A DNA stretch of 64,000 nucleotides from Fibrobacteria bacterium. Lineage in GTDB: Bacteria; Fibrobacterota; Fibrobacteria; UBA11236. The stretch lies in NCBI GenBank assembly GCA_043766615.1, contig JAYUHW010000039.1, forward strand, positions 12,449 to 76,448, given 5' to 3'. Each line of letters opens with the position of its first letter. Position 1 is the first letter of the stretch. A program made the position numbers and the translations under genes. A model generated the notes under the pieces. The model saw nothing but the letters and a program-made list of their open reading frames with translations, did no database searches and was not told the DNA's origin. This document shows positions 37,839 to 47,561 of the stretch, piece after piece.

Positions 37839-39080
37839 TTAGAACCCGAATTTCTCACCAAGAGTGTAATACCAGCGTCCTTTTGCGAATTCCTTGGACT
37901 TGCCTGGGTCGGGATAGTAAAAGACGGTCAGATAATCGTCCACGTGGAAATGATTTTCTGCTTTCGCGATCAAAAATTCGTGAACCTTTTTGGGCAAGCG
38001 TGCCAAGGCCTGACCCATTTCTTTTAAGATTTCGGAATGAGAACGGAACCCATGCCGCAGGAAGACCTCGTAACTAATGGTGTCCGCGATTCCCATGACC
38101 GTTAGGACTGGCGCACTTCGACTGGCTAGCTGCATGCAAACCCCGATCAATAGGTCGTATACACGTGCGTCCAAAGCTATGAATTCCATCAGGGCCGCAG
38201 CTTCGCAGCGATTTGGATGGATGCGCAGCACGGCCAATCCCATCAGTTTGCCACCCTGGAGCAGGCGGATCTTTTCATAAGTGTAGCCGTCACCGCCTCC
38301 GTACCTCCAATTGAGGAATTCAGCATTCCGGCAAGTACCAAACTCAATGCTCCGCATAAATTCGTTGCAGAAACCATCAATGTCTTTCGCCACAAATCTG
38401 TCGAGCTTCTCCCAGCTCCACCCGGTAGGTAAGCTATGCAAACGAAAGCGGCCAAAGTTCAGTAATCGATGGACGGCCTTACGGAGTGGGCCTTGCGGCA
38501 GCCAAAGGGCTGGAGTGAATACTTTGGATTGATAAACGCTTTTGGGGCCGTCGGCACGACGGTAGAGTCGCTTTGCGACCAAATAGCCAGGTTTGTTGGG
38601 TGTGCCAAATAGCAACTCTACACCTTTTTCTGCCAGGCGCTCTCCAAGCATTGTGTCCATTTTCCGGATGACATCATGCTTGCCGCCGCGGTAATTCTCA
38701 TTGACGATGAATTCCGTCCCCAGCGCCAATTGAGGAACGCGGCAACCTGGTATGGTGGGAAAGACAACGGCTGCCAAGTGACCGACAATGGTTTCGTCAG
38801 GCGCTAGTGCGAGGATGATGCAATCGCTGCAATCTACCGGACCCTGACGGAATTTCCAGTCCATGAAAGCGGCTCCACCGCGCGATCCCAGGTACTTGGA
38901 CTTAAATGCTAGGAGCGCTGCTTCGAATTTAGGGGTCATGAATTGAAGAGTGAGTTCAGGAGAGTCTTTGAGTGTCTCTCCAGCTACGTTTTCTATGGCT
39001 TGCATGATTTCTCCTTTCCAGCGGAAGCACGGAGCTTCCACCTCAGAACAATTTGCGGCGCAATGCGCCAGAATCTTCAA
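37839..39080 (-). CDS. GNAT/FemAB-like acyltransferase (intact copy)
   Basis: 413-aa ORF. Source of homology for remnant 34910..35329. Confidence 0.6.
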   Translation of the reverse strand: MKILAHCAANCSEVEAPCFRWKGEIMQAIENVAGETLKDSPELTLQFMTPKFEAALLAFKSKYLGSRGGAAFMDWKFRQGPVDCSDCIILALAPDETIVGHLAAVVFPTIPGCRVPQLALGTEFIVNENYRGGKHDVIRKMDTMLGERLAEKGVELLFGTPNKPGYLVAKRLYRRADGPKSVYQSKVFTPALWLPQGPLRKAVHRLLNFGRFRLHSLPTGWSWEKLDRFVAKDIDGFCNEFMRSIEFGTCRNAEFLNWRYGGGDGYTYEKIRLLQGGKLMGLAVLRIHPNRCEAAALMEFIALDARVYDLLIGVCMQLASRSAPVLTVMGIADTISYEVFLRHGFRSHSEILKEMGQALARLPKKVHEFLIAKAENHFHVDDYLTVFYYPDPGKSKEFAKGRWYYTLGEKFGF

Positions 39081-39289
39081 GCGGGAATAAACGCACGCTC
39101 AGAGTTTCCGGGGATGGCATTGCAAGGGAATTAAAGCGGGAGCGATTTGCGTTCTCGGTTAGGACGTTCTGTTCCACTTTCAACCCTGAACCTTATTCCG
39201 ACATTTCCGACATTGAAGGCGATAATCTAAAAGGCCAAGTAGGCTCACGTAAAGACATGTTTCCGTTACAGAATGGTTTTGACTTTGAA

Positions 39290-40831
39290 TTAAAATGAAT
39301 CTGAAACGTCATTTCCATCTTTTAGTCGCTCCATGGACGCCAGCATGGCTGCCGTCAAAATGATCAATCCCACGATGGCCTCCTTGCGCAAACCGACATC
39401 GTAAAGGTTGGCAAACCCGAAACCGGCGAATACGGCCATGCCGGTCAGCCCAACTGCAAAATGAAGTTCGCTTCGACCCTTCAGAATGCGGGCCGACCGA
39501 CGGATCTGTCCCCAGAGCAGGGTCAGCAGCAAGGCCAAGGCGGGCAGCCCCGTTTCGGCCGCCACCAACAAGAAGCCGTTATGGACGGGTTGCCTGATGA
39601 TATGCGTAATATGGTTCGGATCGAAGCGGATCATGCTTTCCTCGAAAGTATTAAGGCCGATTCCCAGCAGGGGATGGGAACTGATCATCTCCCAGGCCAC
39701 TAAGGCCAAGTCCATACGCGATTCGAATTCCTTCCCCTCAGTGCGGAATAAGCGCGTGAACATGGTATCGAGCACACCCGAAGCTTGCAAAACACCCACA
39801 AAGGCGACGCAGACCAAGACCAGCAAGGCTACCGACCAAAGCTTGAGTCGACGTGTACGCAGGGCCCAGATGGATATGCCCAGGGCATTGGCTGCGAAGA
39901 CCATCCATCCATTGCGGGAAAATGTCAAGACCAGGGCCACTAGGCCCGCAACCAGAAATGGTAGGGTCGCCAATCGCAACCAGAGTCTGATCCTGGCGAA
40001 AAGAATAATGAGACAGAATGCGCATGCCGCGCCAAGGTAGGCGGAAAATGTATTGCAATGACCGAGCACGCCGGTAACACGTAGAATCATTTCATTTCCA
40101 ACCATTTCCGCATCCGCGCCGGAAACGCTCCCTACTGGGATGGGTAACTGGAAATAGAGGAAGTATTGCATATAGGAAACCAGACCTTGGATAGCCAGCA
40201 CCCCAATTTGGGCCGCCAGTACTGCCCAGAATGCTTTTGGGCTGTCGAGGTAGGTGCGTAGCATCATGTACACGAGGAAATATTTCAGATATCGGAAAGC
40301 CTCGAAAGCCACGAGCAGATATTCCTCGGTATTGAAAAGGGAGAGCAGGGAGATGCATACAAATGCTACGGCAAGACTATCTGTGCGGGTCCAAGGCGGG
40401 AGTCGCTTTCGCCCTGTGCGCAAGTCCCACAACCAGAAAAGGGAAAGTAACAGGATGGGTAGATCAACCAAGAAAATCACCGGTTCAGGCGGCGCGCCTC
40501 CGAAATGCTCGGTGAGCGTGAACTTGCTCCCATGAGTCCATAAGTTGTATTGGAACCCAATCGGGATGCACAGGGAGATAAGACAGACGACCAACATCCG
40601 CCGGTCACGTACGAACGCAAGTCCCGCTAGGGCCAGATAGGCCATTCCTGTAAGCGCCAACCATTTGCCGCCCATGGAAAAAGCGCTGACTAGGCCGGTT
40701 CCCAAAACGATGGCTACCCCGGCAGGTATCCAGTAGCCCACTTCGCCGGGGTGAGCTTCAGCCCTAAGTGTCAGAAGAACCGCCGGTAAATGAATTCCGG
40801 GATGACGTCGGCCCGGCGATTGAAAAGGCAT
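39290..40831 (-). CDS. O-antigen ligase/Wzy-family polysaccharide polymerase
   Basis: About 12 TM segments with large periplasmic loop region. Start may be internal (overlaps upstream gene by about 60 nt if 40831 is used). Confidence 0.7.
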   Translation of the reverse strand: MPFQSPGRRHPGIHLPAVLLTLRAEAHPGEVGYWIPAGVAIVLGTGLVSAFSMGGKWLALTGMAYLALAGLAFVRDRRMLVVCLISLCIPIGFQYNLWTHGSKFTLTEHFGGAPPEPVIFLVDLPILLLSLFWLWDLRTGRKRLPPWTRTDSLAVAFVCISLLSLFNTEEYLLVAFEAFRYLKYFLVYMMLRTYLDSPKAFWAVLAAQIGVLAIQGLVSYMQYFLYFQLPIPVGSVSGADAEMVGNEMILRVTGVLGHCNTFSAYLGAACAFCLIILFARIRLWLRLATLPFLVAGLVALVLTFSRNGWMVFAANALGISIWALRTRRLKLWSVALLVLVCVAFVGVLQASGVLDTMFTRLFRTEGKEFESRMDLALVAWEMISSHPLLGIGLNTFEESMIRFDPNHITHIIRQPVHNGFLLVAAETGLPALALLLTLLWGQIRRSARILKGRSELHFAVGLTGMAVFAGFGFANLYDVGLRKEAIVGLIILTAAMLASMERLKDGNDVSDSF

Positions 40832-42744
40832 CCAGCCAAGTTAGTCCCATTCCGTCGGATGATGTCGGCCATACGGCCCAAGGCCTGCTTGCTAGTATGA
40901 TCATAAGACGTTACTAAAATTACATGATCAACCAAGTGAGCGAATTGCAAATACCGTGAATCCATCCAGGGGGTGCCGGCGTCGATGAGAAGATTTTGGA
41001 TCCCGGCTTCGCGCAATGATTCAAAAATACCATGGGCGTTAAATCCGCCTGCAGCTAAACTTACCGAACCGGCCGGTAAGATCAAACGGTACACGCCATA
41101 ATGTTCATCCCGCACCAAGGCCTCTTTAGATCGCGGCACGACATCCAAGCTTTTTCCATTCCTATTTGTGATATCCACCGGATCCAGGGAAACGATGGCG
41201 GTGGAACCGATTGTCGCCAGCATGCCACCCAAATGATTGCATAGCATGGTAGTGCCTACTCCGGGCGAGGGTGAAACCATGAGGATGGATCGCATTTCAG
41301 GCATGCCCGTGTTTGGCCGCACCAAACCGGCGGATACCGGAAAAAGGGCTTGTGCACATGCGGCCGATGGTCTTTCCAGAGTAGGAATTTCCCCGTTCAG
41401 GAACCGGGGTATGGAAGCGAGTACAGGCGCCTTGGCCGCTTTTTCCACATCTTCAGCGGATAGGACACGCGAAGAACCCGCATCAAGGGCGACAGCAAAC
41501 GTCGCTCCGAAAACTACTCCGAAAAAGACGCTGATGATCAGGAATGGCATCCGCTTAGGGAAGGCGGGGGCGGGATCAGCTACGGCCGGTTCAACCACGC
41601 GCGCCCCGGCTAATGCGGCTTTGTCCATCGCTTTTGATATGAGAACTTCATCCGTTTTCTCGCGATTGAGATTTGCCATTCTCTGCAATTCATTAATCTC
41701 CTGTCGGATACGATCGATTTCGACCTTATGTGCATCCAAGGAGGCTAACTCTGATCGATAGCCACTGGAAATAGCATTCCAGGTCTTAAGGCTTTTTTCC
41801 ACCCGCTGCTGGATCAGGGACCTCAGCTGGTCGATTTCCTGGGAACTGGACACGAGTTTGCGATCGTTGCCCCCATAGCGCGTAGCCAATTCTATGCGGC
41901 GCATTTCGGCATCAGTTAAGCGTCGCGACAATTCTGCCACGGCAGCATCTTCCGTTACATCTTCCAGGGTTTCTGAGGACAAGTTTCTTTTGGTAAGACT
42001 GCCTAGCAGTCGGATATGTTCTTCGGCCTGTCCTAGCTTGTCCAGCAGATTTCGTCTTTGGGCATCGACGTCGGAGATTTTGTTTCGGCTAGTGTAAGCG
42101 TTCAGCCTGTCTTCGGCTTGGCGTAGCTGATCCTGGCTCGCAGCCAGTTCCTCACGCAAGGCATCCAGTACATAGGCATTGCCATGCACCTGGATATGGT
42201 GGGTGAGGTAGGCGTCAATGAGGGCGTTGACCACGTCGCGGGCCAATTCGGGCGAGGCTCCACGCCACTTGACCGTAATAATATTGGTGCGACGGATATA
42301 ATCCACATCCACTTTGCGGCGCAACTGACTGATGGCGGCGGCTCGAGCTGGAACTTCCGGCACAAGGCCCACCTCTTTCATAACTGTACCGAGTCCCTTG
42401 AAGAAATGGTAGGCCGACCATTTGAGAAAGTGTTTTTTCTCAGGCTTATGATCGAGAGCTAGGCCACAGGTATCCACAACCTTGGCCAGCACAGGATAAC
42501 TTGTCATCAACTCTACTTCGCTGCCCACGTCCTCGGGGGAAAGCTGGATCAGGCTGGTTCGCGCGTCGCGTTCATCTGGTAAGAAGGGCTTTTTGAAACG
42601 ACTAGCCGTGAGTAAGACTGTGGCTTTAGACTGGTAGGTTGCCGGTAGGATATAGGTCAACGACATGGGAAATATGACCATGCAAATGAAGAACACCATA
42701 AAGGCGCGCTTGCGGCGGAAGAGTGTCGTTAAAATTTCCTTCAC
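40771..42744 (-). CDS. Wzc/GumC-like polysaccharide co-polymerase with C-terminal BY-kinase-like domain carrying a lysine-less Walker A
   Basis: N-terminal TM + long coiled-coil periplasmic domain + second TM. C-terminal MVSPSPGVGTT (P-loop-like, K replaced by T). Confidence 0.75.
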   Translation of the reverse strand: MKEILTTLFRRKRAFMVFFICMVIFPMSLTYILPATYQSKATVLLTASRFKKPFLPDERDARTSLIQLSPEDVGSEVELMTSYPVLAKVVDTCGLALDHKPEKKHFLKWSAYHFFKGLGTVMKEVGLVPEVPARAAAISQLRRKVDVDYIRRTNIITVKWRGASPELARDVVNALIDAYLTHHIQVHGNAYVLDALREELAASQDQLRQAEDRLNAYTSRNKISDVDAQRRNLLDKLGQAEEHIRLLGSLTKRNLSSETLEDVTEDAAVAELSRRLTDAEMRRIELATRYGGNDRKLVSSSQEIDQLRSLIQQRVEKSLKTWNAISSGYRSELASLDAHKVEIDRIRQEINELQRMANLNREKTDEVLISKAMDKAALAGARVVEPAVADPAPAFPKRMPFLIISVFFGVVFGATFAVALDAGSSRVLSAEDVEKAAKAPVLASIPRFLNGEIPTLERPSAACAQALFPVSAGLVRPNTGMPEMRSILMVSPSPGVGTTMLCNHLGGMLATIGSTAIVSLDPVDITNRNGKSLDVVPRSKEALVRDEHYGVYRLILPAGSVSLAAGGFNAHGIFESLREAGIQNLLIDAGTPWMDSRYLQFAHLVDHVILVTSYDHTSKQALGRMADIIRRNGTNLAGCLFNRRADVIPEFIYRRFF

Positions 42745-42751
42745 TCGGGCC

Positions 42752-43759
42752 TCAAGGTAAACTTAGGGATGTAGCCGGGACGCTTACGCCCACAGCGAAC
42801 GGCAGATTCTTGCGCAAATATTGGTCCACGAATAGGTTCAAATCGGTGATTGCGGAACGAGGAAGGAAGACCAGGTCACCGCCTACGAGCCTGATCTCAG
42901 TCGCTGTCATTAAATCCTTTTCCAAGTCTACTTTACTGATGATGACCTGCTTCTCGCGTCTTTGCACGAGGATGATATCCTGCAGGTGTGCGCTCGGGAG
43001 CCAGCCTTCGGCCATACCCAATGCTGCCGTAAGCGAGACGGTTCCTTCTACCGGAAAAGAGCCTGGCCTCTTTAGTTCACCAAGTACCGTTACAAATCGA
43101 GAAGAGCCAGGTGTAATGTTCACGGTCACTTCTACGCCTGGCAGGATCTTGAAGTAGGCTTGACGCAGCTCTGCATTGAATTCCTGCGGAGTAAAACCCT
43201 CCGCTCGCAGGTAACCCAGCTGGGGGAAAACCGCCTTTCCGTCCAATCCGATTGTGGCAGAGTATTCGGGTCCTTGTTTGCCGACGCTCCCCAACCCCTG
43301 CAGTACCGCGTCCAGCTTTCCGGCGAAGTGGAGCGGAACCAGAGTCACGCGGGCAGTTTGAACCATGGGCTGGTATTTTTCTTCGGCGAGGGTTTGCAAC
43401 TCCTTGAGGGTCTTGCCTCCGGCTGGCAGCGGAGCGAGGTAAGGAAAATAAATCTTCCCGTCCGGCGCAACGGTGGACACCCGTCCAAGATCGTCTCGAT
43501 CTTGGACGCTCAATTGCACTTCATCCCCAGCCTGCAATCGATAGTCTTCGGAAATACTGTCACTAAGCGATCGCATAAAGGTTACGCTAAGGCGATCTCC
43601 GGGCTGGCAGCGGTACTCGAGCCTTACGTCCCGAGCGGGCGCCTGTAAAGACATTCCTCGATATTTGGCATCGAAGGAACATCCCGCCAGAGCAGCAACC
43701 ATGCTGACCAAAACCAGTGGAAGTAATTTATTCATGGGTCCTTTTGATCTTTTTCCCAA
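42752..43759 (-). CDS. Wza-family polysaccharide export outer-membrane protein
   Basis: Lipoprotein-like signal (AGCS). Poly_export motif YRCQPGDRLSVTF. SLBB-like repeats. Confidence 0.85.
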   Translation of the reverse strand: MGKRSKGPMNKLLPLVLVSMVAALAGCSFDAKYRGMSLQAPARDVRLEYRCQPGDRLSVTFMRSLSDSISEDYRLQAGDEVQLSVQDRDDLGRVSTVAPDGKIYFPYLAPLPAGGKTLKELQTLAEEKYQPMVQTARVTLVPLHFAGKLDAVLQGLGSVGKQGPEYSATIGLDGKAVFPQLGYLRAEGFTPQEFNAELRQAYFKILPGVEVTVNITPGSSRFVTVLGELKRPGSFPVEGTVSLTAALGMAEGWLPSAHLQDIILVQRREKQVIISKVDLEKDLMTATEIRLVGGDLVFLPRSAITDLNLFVDQYLRKNLPFAVGVSVPATSLSLP

Positions 43760-44072
43760 TATTTTTTCCAGGAAGAATATCGACTACTGATGTTTCATTT
43801 GTATTTCGGAGATGTTTTTTTCAAGAAACTAGCCGATCGCAATTTACGTAGTTCTAGGTCGCCTATGGTAAACAGAAAGTTTACTGAGCATGAACTGTCG
43901 CGGAGAGTTGTGAAATATTTCTGTATTCAAAATGAAATATCCATTCGATTGTTTAGACTCTGCAATAGGATTGGAAGTAAATCGAAATATGACCGGGTGT
44001 ACACGGGGACCGAAGAAAGCCAAATTAAATTGCGATTAAATTTCGGACGGACCTGGGTCGAATGGAAAAATC
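43760..44072. promoter_or_regulatory. divergent promoter region between wza-wzc-wzy operon and deacetylase-GT-wzx operon
   Basis: 313-nt AT-rich non-coding gap between divergently oriented gene starts. Contains small inverted repeat GTAAAC-N5-GTTTAC at 43868-43884. Confidence 0.4.
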
Positions 44073-45131
44073 ATGAATGCGGTTCTTAAACGACAATTCG
44101 CAAGCCTAGTTTGGCGATTGGGTTTAATATCGGTCGCGGGTAGGATCCGAAGGGCCATCCGAGGACCACGTCTTATTGTGCTTTGTTACCATCGCATCGA
44201 TGCCAATGCATCCCTACCCGCACACTCGGCTTCTCCTGAAGCTTTTATGGAGCAGGTGAAATGGTTTGTCCATCGATTTAAAATCCTAAGCCTAGATGAT
44301 GTTTCTGGATATTTGAAAAAAAGGCTGGCCTTGCCAGGAGATTGCATCTCGCTTACTTTCGATGATGGCTATTCGGACAATTACACAACTGTGATGCCTA
44401 TTATCACACGTTTAAAATTGCCCGTTGCCTTTTTCATTTCCACGGATCCTTTACTCCGCAGAATACCTTACTGGTACGATATCCTTTGGTCACGACTCAG
44501 GAATTGGACCGGCCAGGAGCTACCGGGCACTTACCAGGGCAGATTACCAAACCATTTAAAAACGGCTTTGTACTGGGCGGTCAAGAATCCTACTAAGCTT
44601 GGCAAGCAAAAAGTTCTCAATATCGCCAAAGGCTTGAACGTATCAGAGCGAAAGCAATTACTGGACGGCTTGGAAAAAGTGCAGCGACTGGGTACCATGG
44701 ATCCGGTCTGTGAAACGATGTCGATTCAGGAAGCCAGACATGCTCTTGCACTCGGATTGATTATCGGTGGTCATACGCGCAGTCATCCTTCTCTGGCTCG
44801 GGTTTCCCCAGAAGAATGTCGGGCTGAGATCATGAATGCCTTGCAAGATTTAGCCGCTCAAGGATTTTCTCCGCGATATTTTGCCTATCCCTTTGGGGAG
44901 TCCGTAGATGTGGGCGGACTAGAGGGTTATCCTCGTCGGGTCTTAATGGAAATTCAAGGACAGAAGAGTAACGAAGGGAAAAAGATCCAAGGCGTAGAGC
45001 TCGCCTTGACTACTGAGGAGCGGGCGATTCGCCCGGGAGATGATCCGTTCTTGGTGCCTCGGAAAGTAATAACCCCGCAAAGCTTGGGACAGATTGCCCT
45101 AAAACTGGAAATGCTGGCATGGCGGAAATGA
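44073..45131 (+). CDS. CE4 (NodB-type) polysaccharide deacetylase
   Basis: Motifs TFDDGY, HTRSH, FAYPFG. Confidence 0.85.
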   Translation: MNAVLKRQFASLVWRLGLISVAGRIRRAIRGPRLIVLCYHRIDANASLPAHSASPEAFMEQVKWFVHRFKILSLDDVSGYLKKRLALPGDCISLTFDDGYSDNYTTVMPIITRLKLPVAFFISTDPLLRRIPYWYDILWSRLRNWTGQELPGTYQGRLPNHLKTALYWAVKNPTKLGKQKVLNIAKGLNVSERKQLLDGLEKVQRLGTMDPVCETMSIQEARHALALGLIIGGHTRSHPSLARVSPEECRAEIMNALQDLAAQGFSPRYFAYPFGESVDVGGLEGYPRRVLMEIQGQKSNEGKKIQGVELALTTEERAIRPGDDPFLVPRKVITPQSLGQIALKLEMLAWRK

Positions 45132-46378
45132 TTGCCTACCTTATCCATTCCTTTCCGCAATTCTCAAGCACATTCATAAATGATGAAGTAGACGAGATGC
45201 GCAGGCAGGGTGAGAAAATAGTCCTTTTTGCCGTGCAACGTCCGAGTTCTAAAGAGTACCCGCCGGATTTTAAACGCTTCGTGGATGAAACAACCTATAT
45301 CTTTCCCATTTCTAAATGGCTATTGCTTCAAAGGCATGGGCAAGCTCTTCTATGTAAACCAGTCTGTTACCTCCGGTGTTTACTGTGGATTTTGATCAAG
45401 CCGGAACTGAAGTTTCGCAACCGAATCCGAACCTTGTTTCATTTTGCTGAAGCCATTTATCTGTATCCGGAAATTCGGTTGCGCGGGTGTAAACACATCC
45501 ATGTGCATTTCCTTTTTGGCGGGGCGTCCATTGCGTATTTCATCCAAAGAATGCATGGAATGACCTATAGTGTTACTGCCCATGGCAGCGATATTTTCGT
45601 GGATAGGCTATTGCAATCGGAAAAACTGGAACAGTCCCGATTCATCCGTGTCTCCACGCGCTATAATGCCGGCTTCTTGCAGCCTCTGATGTCACCGGAA
45701 CGCCGGCAGCGACTTCAAGTGATTCCCTTTGGAATCGATAGGAGCAAGATCCCGGCCCTCGTCAAAATTCCGTCCCTTGCCTTCCATAGCTTGGTTGCCC
45801 AAGCTGAAAATGAATCAGAACCTAAAGTGCCATTGCGGCTGCTGAGTGTGGGACGCCTAATCTGGCAAAAGGCTCAGCATTTGCTCTTGGAGGCTTGCGC
45901 AGAAATTGCCAATCAAGGCTATGATTTTCATCTTCGATTGGTGGGTGAGGGGCCATTGCGGGCCGCTCTTGAAAAACAGCTTGTGGACTTGGGCCTGGAG
46001 GCTAAAGTGACTTTGGTTGGAGCCTTGCCCCAGGATGCAGTTTGGCTGGAATATCGCAAAGCCGACCTCTTTATTCTTTCCAGCATTAGTGAGGGTTCGC
46101 CCTTTGTGATTATGGAAGCCAAGGCCTGCGGATTACCCGTAATTGCCCCCGATTTGCATGGAATTCCGGAAATGATTGAGGATGGGGTGGATGGCCGGCT
46201 TTTTAAGACGGGATCTTCCAAAAATTTATCCAGGAGGATGTTGGAATTGATCAGAAATGAAACGCTTCGGCAACGAATTGGAACCACCGCAGAAATTTCA
46301 GCTGGGCAAATTGATCTCACCCGATCCGTAAATCGATTTCGGCAATTATTCCAGGACTTTCCTCAGGTCATTGGATAA
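45119..46378 (+). CDS. GT4-family glycosyltransferase
   Basis: EX7E motif EGSPFVIMEAKACGLPVIA. 13-nt overlap with upstream gene. Confidence 0.85.
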   Translation: MAEMIAYLIHSFPQFSSTFINDEVDEMRRQGEKIVLFAVQRPSSKEYPPDFKRFVDETTYIFPISKWLLLQRHGQALLCKPVCYLRCLLWILIKPELKFRNRIRTLFHFAEAIYLYPEIRLRGCKHIHVHFLFGGASIAYFIQRMHGMTYSVTAHGSDIFVDRLLQSEKLEQSRFIRVSTRYNAGFLQPLMSPERRQRLQVIPFGIDRSKIPALVKIPSLAFHSLVAQAENESEPKVPLRLLSVGRLIWQKAQHLLLEACAEIANQGYDFHLRLVGEGPLRAALEKQLVDLGLEAKVTLVGALPQDAVWLEYRKADLFILSSISEGSPFVIMEAKACGLPVIAPDLHGIPEMIEDGVDGRLFKTGSSKNLSRRMLELIRNETLRQRIGTTAEISAGQIDLTRSVNRFRQLFQDFPQVIG

Positions 46379-46403
46379 GGTTTAGGAAGCATAGGTCAGT
46401 GTT

Positions 46404-47561
46404 TTGAAACTTTTTTTCATCGTGGACAATAACGAGCCACATGCCGGGGCGGGTGGATTCTATGCCATCTATAAATTCGCCGAATTTCTGGCTCATCGTG
46501 GCCATAGCGTTTGTATCTCAGGTGTTCACGACCTAGGCTGGGTCAAGCCGGGTCCGAACTTGAAACTTAAGTTTCGGCCCAGTCTACCTCGGAAAAAACT
46601 CCTAATCGCAAAACTAGATCGGATCCTTTCACGGATATGCGATCGTTGGTGGCTGACTTTGAATATCAGACGGTTTCAACCAGAATGGATTGTAGGAGTA
46701 TTGACTTATTCCGCGATTAAGGCCGAAGCCTTAGGGCGAAATTTCCAAATCCCCGTTGCCAACTTTATTTATGAATGTCCTCCTTGGCTACAGGAGATAT
46801 GGGGAGCAAGGTACATCAGCGAAAACTCGAATCCTTTTACGATCAAGCTATGGGAGAATACGCGAAGCGCCTATTTAGGATCACGAGTTCTCTTCCCTAA
46901 TTCAGGATTATCACGGCACTATAATTCAAAGTGGCTGCAAGGTAAGGGTGTGGCCGAACCTATTCATCCAGGGATTGATCCCGAACAAATGCCCTTTCAA
47001 CCACCCGAAATGGAACCTCTAAAACTGGATCCGGAGCGCAAGCATTTGCTCTTTGTGGGGCGTCTGGTGGACAGCAAAAATGTCCATGACCTCATTGCCG
47101 CTTTCCATCGCCTGGAAACGTCTAACGTAGATCTCCATATCTGCGGCACAGGCCCTGAATTGGAACGCTTAAAAACCTTGGCTTACGGATCCAATCACAT
47201 TCACTTCCATGGTTTTGTAGCTGATCCCATCCTCTGGAGTTTGTTCCGCCAATGTCACATCGTGGTTTATCCAACCGGCTTTGAAGGCTTTGGTATGCCG
47301 CCCATGCAAGCACTGTATTTCGCCAAGCCGTGTATCGCCACCGATCTTGCCATCTTCCAAAGCGTCTTCGGAGACCGGCTGGAATATTTTCCCTTAGGCG
47401 CGATCGAGGCTTTAGCGAGTCGTATAGACCACTTGCTGCTTGATCCCGTTTATTGCCGGAAGCGCGGTGATGCAGGACGAAAATTTATCCTTGAAAATTT
47501 TACCTGGGACATTGCTGCCCAAAGAATTGAACAAAAACTTTTGGAGGCTAGTCATGATTGA
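46404..47561 (+). CDS. GT4-family glycosyltransferase (EX7E second Glu replaced by Gln)
   Basis: EGFGMPPMQALYFAKPCIATD. Confidence 0.8.
   Translation: MKLFFIVDNNEPHAGAGGFYAIYKFAEFLAHRGHSVCISGVHDLGWVKPGPNLKLKFRPSLPRKKLLIAKLDRILSRICDRWWLTLNIRRFQPEWIVGVLTYSAIKAEALGRNFQIPVANFIYECPPWLQEIWGARYISENSNPFTIKLWENTRSAYLGSRVLFPNSGLSRHYNSKWLQGKGVAEPIHPGIDPEQMPFQPPEMEPLKLDPERKHLLFVGRLVDSKNVHDLIAAFHRLETSNVDLHICGTGPELERLKTLAYGSNHIHFHGFVADPILWSLFRQCHIVVYPTGFEGFGMPPMQALYFAKPCIATDLAIFQSVFGDRLEYFPLGAIEALASRIDHLLLDPVYCRKRGDAGRKFILENFTWDIAAQRIEQKLLEASHD

Noticed and set aside
43868-43884. GTAAAC-N5-GTTTAC inverted repeat in the divergent wza/deacetylase promoter region
   Set aside because: Only 6-bp arms in AT-rich DNA, easily chance. 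Noted as a candidate operator only inside the promoter feature.
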